From contig QKGM01000009.1 in assembly GCA_003250395.1 (NCBI GenBank), positions 19,788-83,787 of the forward strand: a DNA stretch of 64,000 nucleotides. The letters are read 5' to 3'. The position numbers and the translations under genes were made by a program. Positions 56,018 to 64,000 of the stretch are shown here, piece after piece (position 1 is the first letter of the stretch; each line of letters starts with the position of its first letter). The DNA comes from Bacteroidota bacterium. GTDB taxonomy: Bacteria > Bacteroidota > Bacteroidia > Bacteroidales > TTA-H9. The notes beneath the pieces were generated by a model. The model was given only the letters and a program-made list of their open reading frames with translations, was not told where the DNA came from and did not search any database.

Positions 56018-57427
56018 TTACTTCACAGAATCCTCAGGCTTACGGGCAATTTGGGCCAGCATTTCAGCTTCCATAACTACTTTATCACCTACGTATGCCT
56101 GACCAGCCATGTGGCATAGTCCGCGACGTATGGGAGAAAGAAGTTTTAAGGAGAACAGGAGCGTATCACCCGGTACCACTTTATGACGGAAGCGAACATT
56201 ATCAATCTTCATGAAAAGAGTAATATAATTCTCAGGATCGGGTACGCTACTTAAAATGAGAATTCCACCTGTTTGTGCCATAGCTTCAATCTGAAGCACA
56301 CCGGGCATAACGGGTTCATCAGGGAAATGACCCACAAAGAAACTCTCATTCATGGTTACATTCTTTACGCCAAGTACATGCTCAGTACTCATTTCCAAAA
56401 CCTTATCAACCAACAGGAACGGAGGGCGATGAGGCAATAGCCGCTTAATTGCATTAATGTCGAAAAGAGGAACCTGGTTAGGATCATATTGCGGAACGCC
56501 AGCCTGTTTCCGCTCAGCACGAATATGCTCACGCAGGATTCTGGCAAAAGCGACGTTGGAGGCATGGCCCGGACGGGTTGCAATGATATGCCCCCTAACC
56601 CGGATACCAAGCAATGCAAGATCACCTACTACATCAAGCAGTTTATGACGAGCTGGTTCATTTTGGTGATTCAGTTCAATATTATTAAGAACCCCTTCCT
56701 TCAGAACCTCCACACGCGGACGATTGAAAAAAGCAGACAACCTGTCGAGTTCTGGCTGAGAAATAAGCCTGTTAACAAAGACAATCGCATTATTCAGATC
56801 ACCCCCTTTAATCAGGTTATGATGAATCAGGTATTCAAGCTCATGCAGAAAGACAAAAGTGCGGCTGTTGGAGATTTCTTTTCTGAAATCATCAAGGTTG
56901 TTAAGAGAAGCATGTTGAGTATCGAGTACCTTCGACTCATAATCGATCATTACCGAATACCTCAAATCTGCTGATGGTATGGCAATAATTTCAACTTTAC
57001 TATCAGGATTGCGGAAAGTAATGTTTTCCTTCAGTTCATAATACACACGATCGGCATTCTGTTCAACGATTCCTGCCTTATCGAGCGCTTCAACCCAATA
57101 GCGTGAACTTCCATCCAGAATTGGCAACTCTACACTGGATGTTTCGATCATCAGATTATCGATGCCAAGTCCAAATACAGCAGCAAGCAAATGTTCAGTT
57201 GTACTTATCCTGACGCCATCCTTAACGAGGTTAGTACCTCGTTCTGTATCTTTTACAAAATCAATATCGGCTTCAACCACAGGTGAACCTTCGAGGTCAG
57301 TACGGATAAATTTATAGCCGAAATTTTCGGGCGCAGGACGAAAGGTAACAGTCACCTGTTGTCCTGTATGAAGGCCTGTACCTGATACAGATACAGGTTC
57401 AAGTATAGTTCTTTGTTTTTCGCTCAT
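56018..57427 (-). CDS. lpxC/fabZ: Bifunctional UDP-3-O-acyl-GlcNAc deacetylase / 3-hydroxyacyl-ACP dehydratase
   Basis: 469 aa. The N-terminal LpxC half (TTEHLLAA, HKLLDVVGDLAL) is fused to a C-terminal FabZ hot-dog (FFVGHFPDEPVMPGVLQIEAMAQ). This is the Bacteroidota-typical fusion. Confidence 0.95.
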   Translation of the reverse strand: MSEKQRTILEPVSVSGTGLHTGQQVTVTFRPAPENFGYKFIRTDLEGSPVVEADIDFVKDTERGTNLVKDGVRISTTEHLLAAVFGLGIDNLMIETSSVELPILDGSSRYWVEALDKAGIVEQNADRVYYELKENITFRNPDSKVEIIAIPSADLRYSVMIDYESKVLDTQHASLNNLDDFRKEISNSRTFVFLHELEYLIHHNLIKGGDLNNAIVFVNRLISQPELDRLSAFFNRPRVEVLKEGVLNNIELNHQNEPARHKLLDVVGDLALLGIRVRGHIIATRPGHASNVAFARILREHIRAERKQAGVPQYDPNQVPLFDINAIKRLLPHRPPFLLVDKVLEMSTEHVLGVKNVTMNESFFVGHFPDEPVMPGVLQIEAMAQTGGILILSSVPDPENYITLFMKIDNVRFRHKVVPGDTLLFSLKLLSPIRRGLCHMAGQAYVGDKVVMEAEMLAQIARKPEDSVK

Positions 57428-57513
57428 AATCAGTCGGCAAAAGTAAGAATATTTTCCAAAACAAAACGCCTTATACCACAGTGTTATATAAGGCGTTCGC
57501 TATGAGCAGGAAG

Positions 57514-58551
57514 TCACTTTTTCTCAAGTTCATTAAGTCGCTTTTCCAAATCACAAATACGAGTATAAAGGTCTGGCAAATTTCTGAAGACCACATAGCT
57601 ACGCTGATACTTCCCAAGATCAAAAGCGGGAGACCCCTGTATCTTTGTACCCGGTTCCACAACTTTATTGCCAACACCTGATTGTGCAGCTATCTGAGTT
57701 CCTTCGGCAATGTGCAAATGGCCCACGATGCCTACCTGCCCGCCTATCATACAGTTTGGCCCAATGCTTGCAGATCCGCTTATTCCTGCCTGAGCAGCGA
57801 TAACTGTATTAGACCCGATTTCGACATTGTGGGCAATCTGAATCAGGTTATCAAGCTTAACTCCTTTTCTGATGAAAGTACTCCCCATGGTAGCACGGTC
57901 AATGGTAGTATTGGCTCCAATTTCAACATGGTCTTCGATCACTACATTACCAATCTGGGCAAGCTTGGCATAAACGTTATTCTTAAGCGGGGCAAAACCG
58001 AAACCGTCAGCGCCAATTACAACACCACTATGGAAAGTGCAGTTTGATCCGATTATATTGTCGGAATACACCTTCACTCCAGGAAAAAAGGTAGTATTAT
58101 CGCCAACCACCACATTGTCACCAATGTAGACATGAGGATATATCTTCACATTCGAACCGATCTTAACGTTATCCCCTATACTTGCAAAATCACCAACATA
58201 CACATTCTCACCAAGGGTTGCTGAGGAAGAAATGGCCGCATGGGTGGAAACTCCTGTCTTATTGAGCTTAATCTCGTTATAAAGCTCCAGCAACCTGCCA
58301 AACGAAGAATAAGCATCGGCTACCCTTACCATCGTGCACGGTACAGGCTTATCTGCTACGAAGTCTTCATTGACGATAACCACTGTAGAAGTAGTGGTAT
58401 AGATGAAGGGGGTATACTTCGGGTTGGCCAGAAAGGAGATACAACCTGGGGCACCTTCTTCTATTCTTGCCAGCGACCAAACCGTAGCATCAGGATTCCC
58501 TTCAACATGACCCTGAAGCATTTCCGCAACCTGCCGTGCAGTAAATTTCAT
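57514..58551 (-). CDS. lpxD: UDP-3-O-(3-hydroxyacyl)glucosamine N-acyltransferase
   Basis: Start at MKFTARQVAEMLQG (typical LpxD N-terminus), followed by hexapeptide repeats. Confidence 0.93.
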   Translation of the reverse strand: MKFTARQVAEMLQGHVEGNPDATVWSLARIEEGAPGCISFLANPKYTPFIYTTTSTVVIVNEDFVADKPVPCTMVRVADAYSSFGRLLELYNEIKLNKTGVSTHAAISSSATLGENVYVGDFASIGDNVKIGSNVKIYPHVYIGDNVVVGDNTTFFPGVKVYSDNIIGSNCTFHSGVVIGADGFGFAPLKNNVYAKLAQIGNVVIEDHVEIGANTTIDRATMGSTFIRKGVKLDNLIQIAHNVEIGSNTVIAAQAGISGSASIGPNCMIGGQVGIVGHLHIAEGTQIAAQSGVGNKVVEPGTKIQGSPAFDLGKYQRSYVVFRNLPDLYTRICDLEKRLNELEKK

Positions 58552-58563
58552 CTGTATGGGTAT

Positions 58564-58571
58564 CAAAATTA
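58564..58571 (-). promoter_or_regulatory. -7 box (TAATTTTG) for lpxD
   Basis: Plus-strand CAAAATTA, 13 nt upstream of ATG 58551. This would give a very short leader. Confidence 0.35.
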
Positions 58572-58753
58572 ATGCTGCAAGTTTACGAATAATTTTCAGG
58601 CTTTTATCCTACAATATATGAAGTAGTGTGCTTTAATATATTACCAGATTATTATATATGCCAGGTTCCAATCTTCCAAACAAGTGTTTAGATAAATTTG
58701 TAATCTTCTTATATAATTCCCCAAGTCAAAACAAAAACAGGAGAAAAGTGTCC

Positions 58754-61180
58754 TCAAAAACCCCATTTAAAAGTAAGCATCAAAGCAAGGTTATCAGAGG
58801 CATCTGGCATACTGTATGGCCCAAACCTCCAGGCGCCACCTATACCAATACTATAGAACTGAAGGTTAAGCAGGTTGTTGATGTTGACTCCCGCTTCATA
58901 ATAACCCAGCCGGGGAACATTAAATTCGACTCCACGATGCAGTAGCGGCTTTGCCATATCTCCCCATAATACATTAAGCAGAAGCTCTGGTCTGGGCTGA
59001 AACCATCCCGCTTTGAACAGCAGTCCCTCAAAATCATGGCTGAAAAACACAGCCAAATATCGATCGGAATAAAACTCATTCATCCGCATGGTACTAAACG
59101 ATCCGTCGCTCTGTACAGAAAAACCTGCATAAGCAGCCGGAGCGTTGTAAAGCACCGCCAGAGGAACCTCTTCATCTACCAACCCTGCATTTACCCGAAG
59201 GGTGCTACGTCCGGTAAAACGAAAATACTTGGATGCCACAACCTGAATGTCGAACTTATTGTAATTAAATCCTCCGTTTAACAGATTATCAAAACCATGA
59301 ATATAATTGAAGGTTACAACCGGATAATCACTGCCAAGACTTATCTTATTACGAACCGTCCTCACGAATCGTTCCCTGAAAGCATACCTGAATCCGGCCT
59401 TCAATTCGGTGAATCGAAACACAGGATTGTCGGTTCCCTTCATCGGGGTGAACTGGTAGCTAAAGCCAGGTCTGTTAATGGTTGTACCGGCTGAAATCCC
59501 AAACAAAAAATGGCGCATAGCCCTGAATTTAATCTTTACCTCATTCTGCTCGTATCGATCATACCGGCTGGTAAGAATCTCGCGAAAGAATGTTTCGTCG
59601 ATCATGCTTCTCTGGGCAAAAGGAAATTCAGTACTGCCATTTTCACGAATATCGAAACTATATTGGTACCCCAGGGCAATTTCGTGAATACGGTCAACCA
59701 TCACTTCGAAGCCTCCACCATATTTGGCCATTTTATCATGGAAGCCATAACCCCAGAATCCATTCAGGTTAAACTTTCGCGATAGGCGATCATTTGTTAT
59801 CAACCCCAATCCGGCATACCACCCCTCATATTTACTATAGCGAAACAACCTGTTCAAATCCAGATCTACCAAACCAACAGGAACTCGGCCACTCATGGCA
59901 GCATCCATAATCCGGCCAATTCGGTCGAAATTTTCCTTACGTCCAATGCTGTCGATAAAACGAAAGGTTTCAACTTCACGGGCAGTCAGTGAATCGATCC
60001 TGTGCTGTTTCCAGAAATCATTACTCTGACTGGTAGCTTTAGGATCGACATCCGTGCCCAACATGGCCAGTTCACTTCCCTTTATCGCAGGATTTATTTC
60101 AATATCACTGATGTAGGTTCTGCCCCGGGCGATCATATGGAACCTGCTGTTCGGGCCCTTCCCAGCCTGCACTTCCATATTCCTAAAGACGATATCTGTA
60201 TTCAGTTGCCTGGGGAACCAATGGATGCTGTCGGGTTTATGATACAATTGCTGGATCTTTACAGACATGGTTTTTTCTGTAATAGCCGGTTCTGCTATCA
60301 CGTTCCTGATGGCCCAGCCATCCGAAGTAACAGAAACAACACCTTTTAGTCCGTCGAAATTTGTACCCTTCCAGGGACGGAAAGAAATGATAAAGGTAGA
60401 ATCTGAACGGGTGATAACGGTGTCTTCAATCTGATAGAAGTACCGGTTCAGACTCCCGTTGCTGATGGGGTTGATATAGGTTCGATCACCTATGCGAAAT
60501 TCCTCCCTGTAAAATGTACTTGTCTGAAGTTGTGAAAGTAAAAAGACAAAAACAGGATCACGGAAACCTGATATCCTCGTGGCGGCAACTTTTTCGACAC
60601 TCCTGTCCGGAGCCTTGAATAAGCGTTCAAACACATTCTCGATCATAAAGAAATCGCGCTTCTCAACAAATTTCCGAAGTTTCATTGCAGAGGTATCAAG
60701 CAAAGCTGTATCTGCAAGCATGATGGAATCGGCATTAATAGCAAATACCATCTTCTCGTAAGCTTTATATTTAAAAGCGTCGAGTTTCTCGTAGTCGTTG
60801 ACCTCCCTATGGGCAATTACATTCTTAATGATCCTGTGAGCCGGATTTTCCCCAGGCAGGATGGTTACCCCTGTAAGCTCAATGTTACGCCGGGTCATCT
60901 TCAGCAACAATCCATTCGCTTTATCGACGGGTACCTTTGAGGCTAAATAACCCACATAGGTCAGGCTGATGGTTTTCACAGGCCTGTTTACTGCGATTGT
61001 GAACTTGCCATCAATATCAGTAGCGCTACCTTCAGGGCCATCATCCAACAGAAGATTCACGAAAGCTAATGGTTCACCGGTGCGGGCATCAACCACTTTG
61101 CCGGTAATAATATTCTGAGCACGGATGGCACTCAATCCTGTCAAAAGGAACAGGATAAAGAGGATAAATATCTTCTTCAT
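58754..61180 (-). CDS. Carboxypeptidase-regulatory-like domain plus DUF5686-type large outer-membrane protein
   Basis: 808 aa. Signal peptide, N-terminal CarboxypepD_reg-like module (ITGKVVDARTGEPLAFVNLL), and a long beta-rich C-terminal part ending in an aromatic residue (TFKWGF). Confidence 0.65.
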   Translation of the reverse strand: MKKIFILFILFLLTGLSAIRAQNIITGKVVDARTGEPLAFVNLLLDDGPEGSATDIDGKFTIAVNRPVKTISLTYVGYLASKVPVDKANGLLLKMTRRNIELTGVTILPGENPAHRIIKNVIAHREVNDYEKLDAFKYKAYEKMVFAINADSIMLADTALLDTSAMKLRKFVEKRDFFMIENVFERLFKAPDRSVEKVAATRISGFRDPVFVFLLSQLQTSTFYREEFRIGDRTYINPISNGSLNRYFYQIEDTVITRSDSTFIISFRPWKGTNFDGLKGVVSVTSDGWAIRNVIAEPAITEKTMSVKIQQLYHKPDSIHWFPRQLNTDIVFRNMEVQAGKGPNSRFHMIARGRTYISDIEINPAIKGSELAMLGTDVDPKATSQSNDFWKQHRIDSLTAREVETFRFIDSIGRKENFDRIGRIMDAAMSGRVPVGLVDLDLNRLFRYSKYEGWYAGLGLITNDRLSRKFNLNGFWGYGFHDKMAKYGGGFEVMVDRIHEIALGYQYSFDIRENGSTEFPFAQRSMIDETFFREILTSRYDRYEQNEVKIKFRAMRHFLFGISAGTTINRPGFSYQFTPMKGTDNPVFRFTELKAGFRYAFRERFVRTVRNKISLGSDYPVVTFNYIHGFDNLLNGGFNYNKFDIQVVASKYFRFTGRSTLRVNAGLVDEEVPLAVLYNAPAAYAGFSVQSDGSFSTMRMNEFYSDRYLAVFFSHDFEGLLFKAGWFQPRPELLLNVLWGDMAKPLLHRGVEFNVPRLGYYEAGVNINNLLNLQFYSIGIGGAWRFGPYSMPDASDNLALMLTFKWGF

Positions 61181-61288
61181 GAATCTCGAAAATTAAGGAC
61201 AAAAAAGTTATAATCAACTACTTTTAAAGCCTTTGCATTAAAGTAGTAATGTGCTGTCTGTCTACAGAAACCAATCAGAAAAACCTGA

Positions 61289-62020
61289 TTATCCGGCAAA
61301 ATATTGTTCCAGAATCTCAAGCGTGGAATCATTGGTGGCCATATCATGAACAATGGTTCCCTTCTCAAGGACAACAATACGGTTACAAACTTCAGTCACA
61401 TGATTCAGATCATGACTCGAAATCAACATGGTTACATCACGCTCTGCAAGTTCGGCACGCAGCATGTTCTTAAGACGAATCTGCGAAGAAGGATCAAGAT
61501 TTGTAAACGGTTCATCAAGAATCAAAATAGCAGGCTTGCTCATCATAGCTGCGGCGATTCCAACTTTCTTCTGATTCCCTTTTGAAAGATCCCTTATATA
61601 CTTTTTCGTACCCAGTATTTCGCCATTAAAAATATCTGCAAAACGATCTTTAAAATTATCAACATCACCCTTCGACATCCCATTAAGGGCTGCTACAAAA
61701 TCGAAGTACTCCTCGGGTGTCAGGAAATCAATAACAAAACCTTCATCGAGATAAGATCCCGTATAATTTTTCCAAAGTTCCGTTTTAGCAACATTTTGCC
61801 CATACGACTGAATCTCACCACTATCAGCCTTAATAAGATCCAGGAGGAGCCTGAAGAAGGTAGTCTTTCCTGCTCCATTGTTTCCCACCAGGCCAAAAGT
61901 CTCACCTCTGGGAATGTCAAGTTGCGGAAGATCTAACACCTTAACGCTGCTGTATGCTTTAGAGAGGTTTGCAACCTTGATAACCGGGCCGTTGTAATCG
62001 GCAATAAAATTGGTATTCAT
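61289..62020 (-). CDS. ABC transporter ATP-binding protein (ABC-2 / DrrA-like)
   Basis: 243 aa. Walker A GNNGAGKTT, signature LSKGNQKK, Walker B ILILDEP, H-loop SSHD. Confidence 0.9.
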   Translation of the reverse strand: MNTNFIADYNGPVIKVANLSKAYSSVKVLDLPQLDIPRGETFGLVGNNGAGKTTFFRLLLDLIKADSGEIQSYGQNVAKTELWKNYTGSYLDEGFVIDFLTPEEYFDFVAALNGMSKGDVDNFKDRFADIFNGEILGTKKYIRDLSKGNQKKVGIAAAMMSKPAILILDEPFTNLDPSSQIRLKNMLRAELAERDVTMLISSHDLNHVTEVCNRIVVLEKGTIVHDMATNDSTLEILEQYFAG

Positions 62021-62038
62021 TTCTTTAGATTTTTCTGA

Positions 62039-63517
62039 TTAATTTTGTCTGAAGCCACTGGCAATTTGATGTTTACGTGTAACAAAAAACGCAACGATCT
62101 GTTTAAGTATCAGGTTACGCAACAATAACCCGATAAAGCCAATTCCACCAACCACAAGAAGGCCGGTATCCTCGCCAAAAAAGAGGCCAAATGGCATGTA
62201 TATCAGTATCGGGAGAACCATCACCGGCAATGCGACCAGAAACTGCTTGGCACCAACCCCCTGATAATTCATCATTCCACCTTTGCTCAAATCAATTCTC
62301 TTGTTATTGTAGGCAGCAAAATACATATAAACATATATATTGAAACCTGCATTAAAAAGGAAAGCCGCTGTATTGATTTTTAAAATATTCAAGCCTAAGA
62401 ATACATAGGGGATAGTAATCAGCCAGGCTGCCACCGTGGGAATCAAAAGAATAAGGTACTTAGCTTTAAAATACTGGCTGAAATTAATGTTCTTAGTAAG
62501 TATAGTGTCGAAATAACTGCTCTCCCAGGCTACCAGGAACTGGCCATAGCTGATGAGAAAACCTCCGGTGACAAACAATCCCGCGAAAATGAGCCAACCT
62601 GTCTTATCCTGATACATAGGTGTTCTGTAAAAGAAAAAGCCATAGAGCAACAACAATGGAGCCATGAAAAGTACAGTACGTGTTCGCTTGTTGCGCATCA
62701 TAAGTTTGAGCTCAACCAACAACAACTCACCAATCTCTCCGAAACGTCTCAAACCTTCCATCCTGCCTGCATTTACCTGATACGATTTACGCCGGTCAAT
62801 CTCCTCAAGATAAAGCCTGCTCACCACCATTTTCACATCAAGTAAATAAAACAGAACCGGGAGTGCAATAAATACTACCGAGATCAGGGGATAATCGAGC
62901 AATAAGCTAAAAACTACCCGCGACACAGTGAACAAAGAGATAAGTCCGGTACGCTCAAGGAAAAACAATAATACCATCAGTGCCAGTATCAGCAACAACA
63001 CCCATGTTTTATCCGCCAGGTAACGCTTAAGCATAAAGGTGATGAAATTATTGGCAACAACTACAGACAAAATGGCTATAAGCCATGGCCATGCAGCACT
63101 TCCCGGAAAATCGGAATACGTGCTGACAAAAAACGGAATAACTACCAGTAATGGTAACAGGTTCAGCGGCGAGAACAGTGTCCTGAGCAATACGAACCCC
63201 GCCATACGGGACTTTCTGATTGGCATGTGAAGCAGAGGACGAGCCGACATTTCAGGCATTTTCTGCAGAAAGAACCGCCAAACAAGATCCACGCCAATAT
63301 AGTAGAGTAATCCACCTCCAAAGACACGTATCACCTCCACCCCTTCTATCTCCAGACCTTCTCCGATCATGCGATCAAGCATTAGTCCCATGATCAAAAA
63401 AATGAGCAACATATAAACCATGAAGAGGCCCAGAAAAATATTGAGGAACACATTTCGTTGCCAGATTGATGAGCGTAACGATTTCTTCCATTCAATCAGT
63501 AAAAGCCATTTTATCAT
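62039..63517 (-). CDS. Polytopic membrane protein, DUF5687-like putative ABC-2 permease partner
   Basis: 492 aa, about 12 TM helices. It ends 18 nt upstream of the ABC ATPase gene on the same strand. Confidence 0.55.
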   Translation of the reverse strand: MIKWLLLIEWKKSLRSSIWQRNVFLNIFLGLFMVYMLLIFLIMGLMLDRMIGEGLEIEGVEVIRVFGGGLLYYIGVDLVWRFFLQKMPEMSARPLLHMPIRKSRMAGFVLLRTLFSPLNLLPLLVVIPFFVSTYSDFPGSAAWPWLIAILSVVVANNFITFMLKRYLADKTWVLLLILALMVLLFFLERTGLISLFTVSRVVFSLLLDYPLISVVFIALPVLFYLLDVKMVVSRLYLEEIDRRKSYQVNAGRMEGLRRFGEIGELLLVELKLMMRNKRTRTVLFMAPLLLLYGFFFYRTPMYQDKTGWLIFAGLFVTGGFLISYGQFLVAWESSYFDTILTKNINFSQYFKAKYLILLIPTVAAWLITIPYVFLGLNILKINTAAFLFNAGFNIYVYMYFAAYNNKRIDLSKGGMMNYQGVGAKQFLVALPVMVLPILIYMPFGLFFGEDTGLLVVGGIGFIGLLLRNLILKQIVAFFVTRKHQIASGFRQN

Positions 63518-63636
63518 ATTGTTGAAATTTGATGCTGCCAGGTAATCAAGAACCTTGCATGTAAAGAATTGTATTCAGATTATTAAGATTTTACAAAAAT
63601 CACCAACGAAACTAAACATTTCATTAAAAACACTAA

Positions 63637-63644
63637 CAAAACTA
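63637..63644 (-). promoter_or_regulatory. -7 box (TAGTTTTG) for the DUF5687-ABC operon
   Basis: Plus-strand CAAAACTA, 120 nt upstream of ATG 63517. Confidence 0.35.
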
Positions 63645-63764
63645 TCTTGAACTGATATTCAGACTCTGTTTATCTGAACTTCCTTTCTTCATATATCTAC
63701 AGGTAACATATTAATTAACATGAGCAAAACAGATTATCCAGTGTCGGATTTCCTTTGTCCGGAA

Positions 63765-64000
63765 TTATTCAGTATTAAGTTTTGGATTATTCAGATGGCG
63801 GGTTGCGTCACGTACCGTTTTCTTCTGAATGTTTTTCTCAAGAGCTTCGGTTAAATCAACACCTGTCTGATTTGCAAGGCAAATTAATACAAACAAAACA
63901 TCAGCCATCTCATCAGCCATATTTACATCTTTATCAGACTCCTTAAACGACTGTTCACCATATCTTCTGGCGATAATCCGCGCCAACTCTCCCACCTCCT
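63765..64000 (-). CDS. MazG-like nucleotide pyrophosphohydrolase; only the 3' part is present because the gene runs off the right edge
   Basis: The frame is open to the window edge. The EL..E..D.L..L..LAN motif (GELARIIA...EMADVLFVLICLANQTGVDL) is typical of the MazG/YpjD all-alpha NTP-PPase fold. Confidence 0.7.
   Translation of the reverse strand, partial: EVGELARIIARRYGEQSFKESDKDVNMADEMADVLFVLICLANQTGVDLTEALEKNIQKKTVRDATRHLNNPKLNTE

Noticed and set aside
55647-58572. Long antisense ORFs inside lpxA, lpxC/fabZ and lpxD (55647..56015, 56489..56974, 57682..58047, 58240..58572)
   Set aside because: They lie opposite unmistakable, full-length conserved genes. Hexapeptide-repeat genes characteristically leave open antisense frames. 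The translations are low-complexity with no motifs.

Overview
This is a chromosomal, mostly housekeeping segment of a Bacteroidota genome. The diagnostic features are a complete porP/sprF-gldK-gldL-gldM-gldN type IX secretion (T9SS)/gliding core operon, a PorX-type receiver-PglZ regulator, a fused lpxC-fabZ, a cargo protein with a T9SS C-terminal sorting domain, TAnnTTTG -7 promoter boxes and no Shine-Dalgarno signals. I count about 52 protein genes, one tRNA-Asn(GTT), one ~1.43-kb ISL3-like insertion sequence with a frameshifted transposase, and several clear intrinsic terminators. I see no rRNA, CRISPR array, prophage or recognisable defence island. From left to right the blocks are as follows. 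(1) A surface-polysaccharide locus: Wzy-like protein, two tandem Wzz-like proteins, a Wzx flippase and a divergent GT4. (2) purD, a FemAB-like gene, upp, a MacB-type permease and a sensor-less sigma-54 activator. (3) pheT and recG. (4) The T9SS core operon. (5) A 1.8-kb ORF-free spacer. (6) Two tandem yitT paralogs, outer-membrane barrels, rpoN and asnS. (7) An ECF sigma / membrane protein / PKD-CTD cargo module, then ppgK and a DUF4403 gene. (8) A biotin carboxylase operon interrupted by a DoxX gene. (9) A GT39 gene, a flavodoxin gene, DUF456, lolC/E, gdhA, a GNAT and a PfkB kinase. (10) tRNA-Asn, the IS and porX. (11) lpxD-lpxC/fabZ-lpxA. (12) A DUF5687-ABC-DUF5686 cluster, then a partial mazG-like gene. 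The least explained sequence is the G-depleted 1.8-kb non-coding spacer (22150-23991) upstream of the T9SS operon. It contains nine TTCGA-type cores phased at 11 bp (23497-23588). Other second-look items are the ECF sigma/T9SS cargo module, the DoxX gene translationally coupled inside the carboxylase operon, an unusually long GldL, the IS placed directly downstream of porX, and an inverted repeat bracketing the gdhA promoter. All family calls come from reading the translated ORFs. No database search was run.
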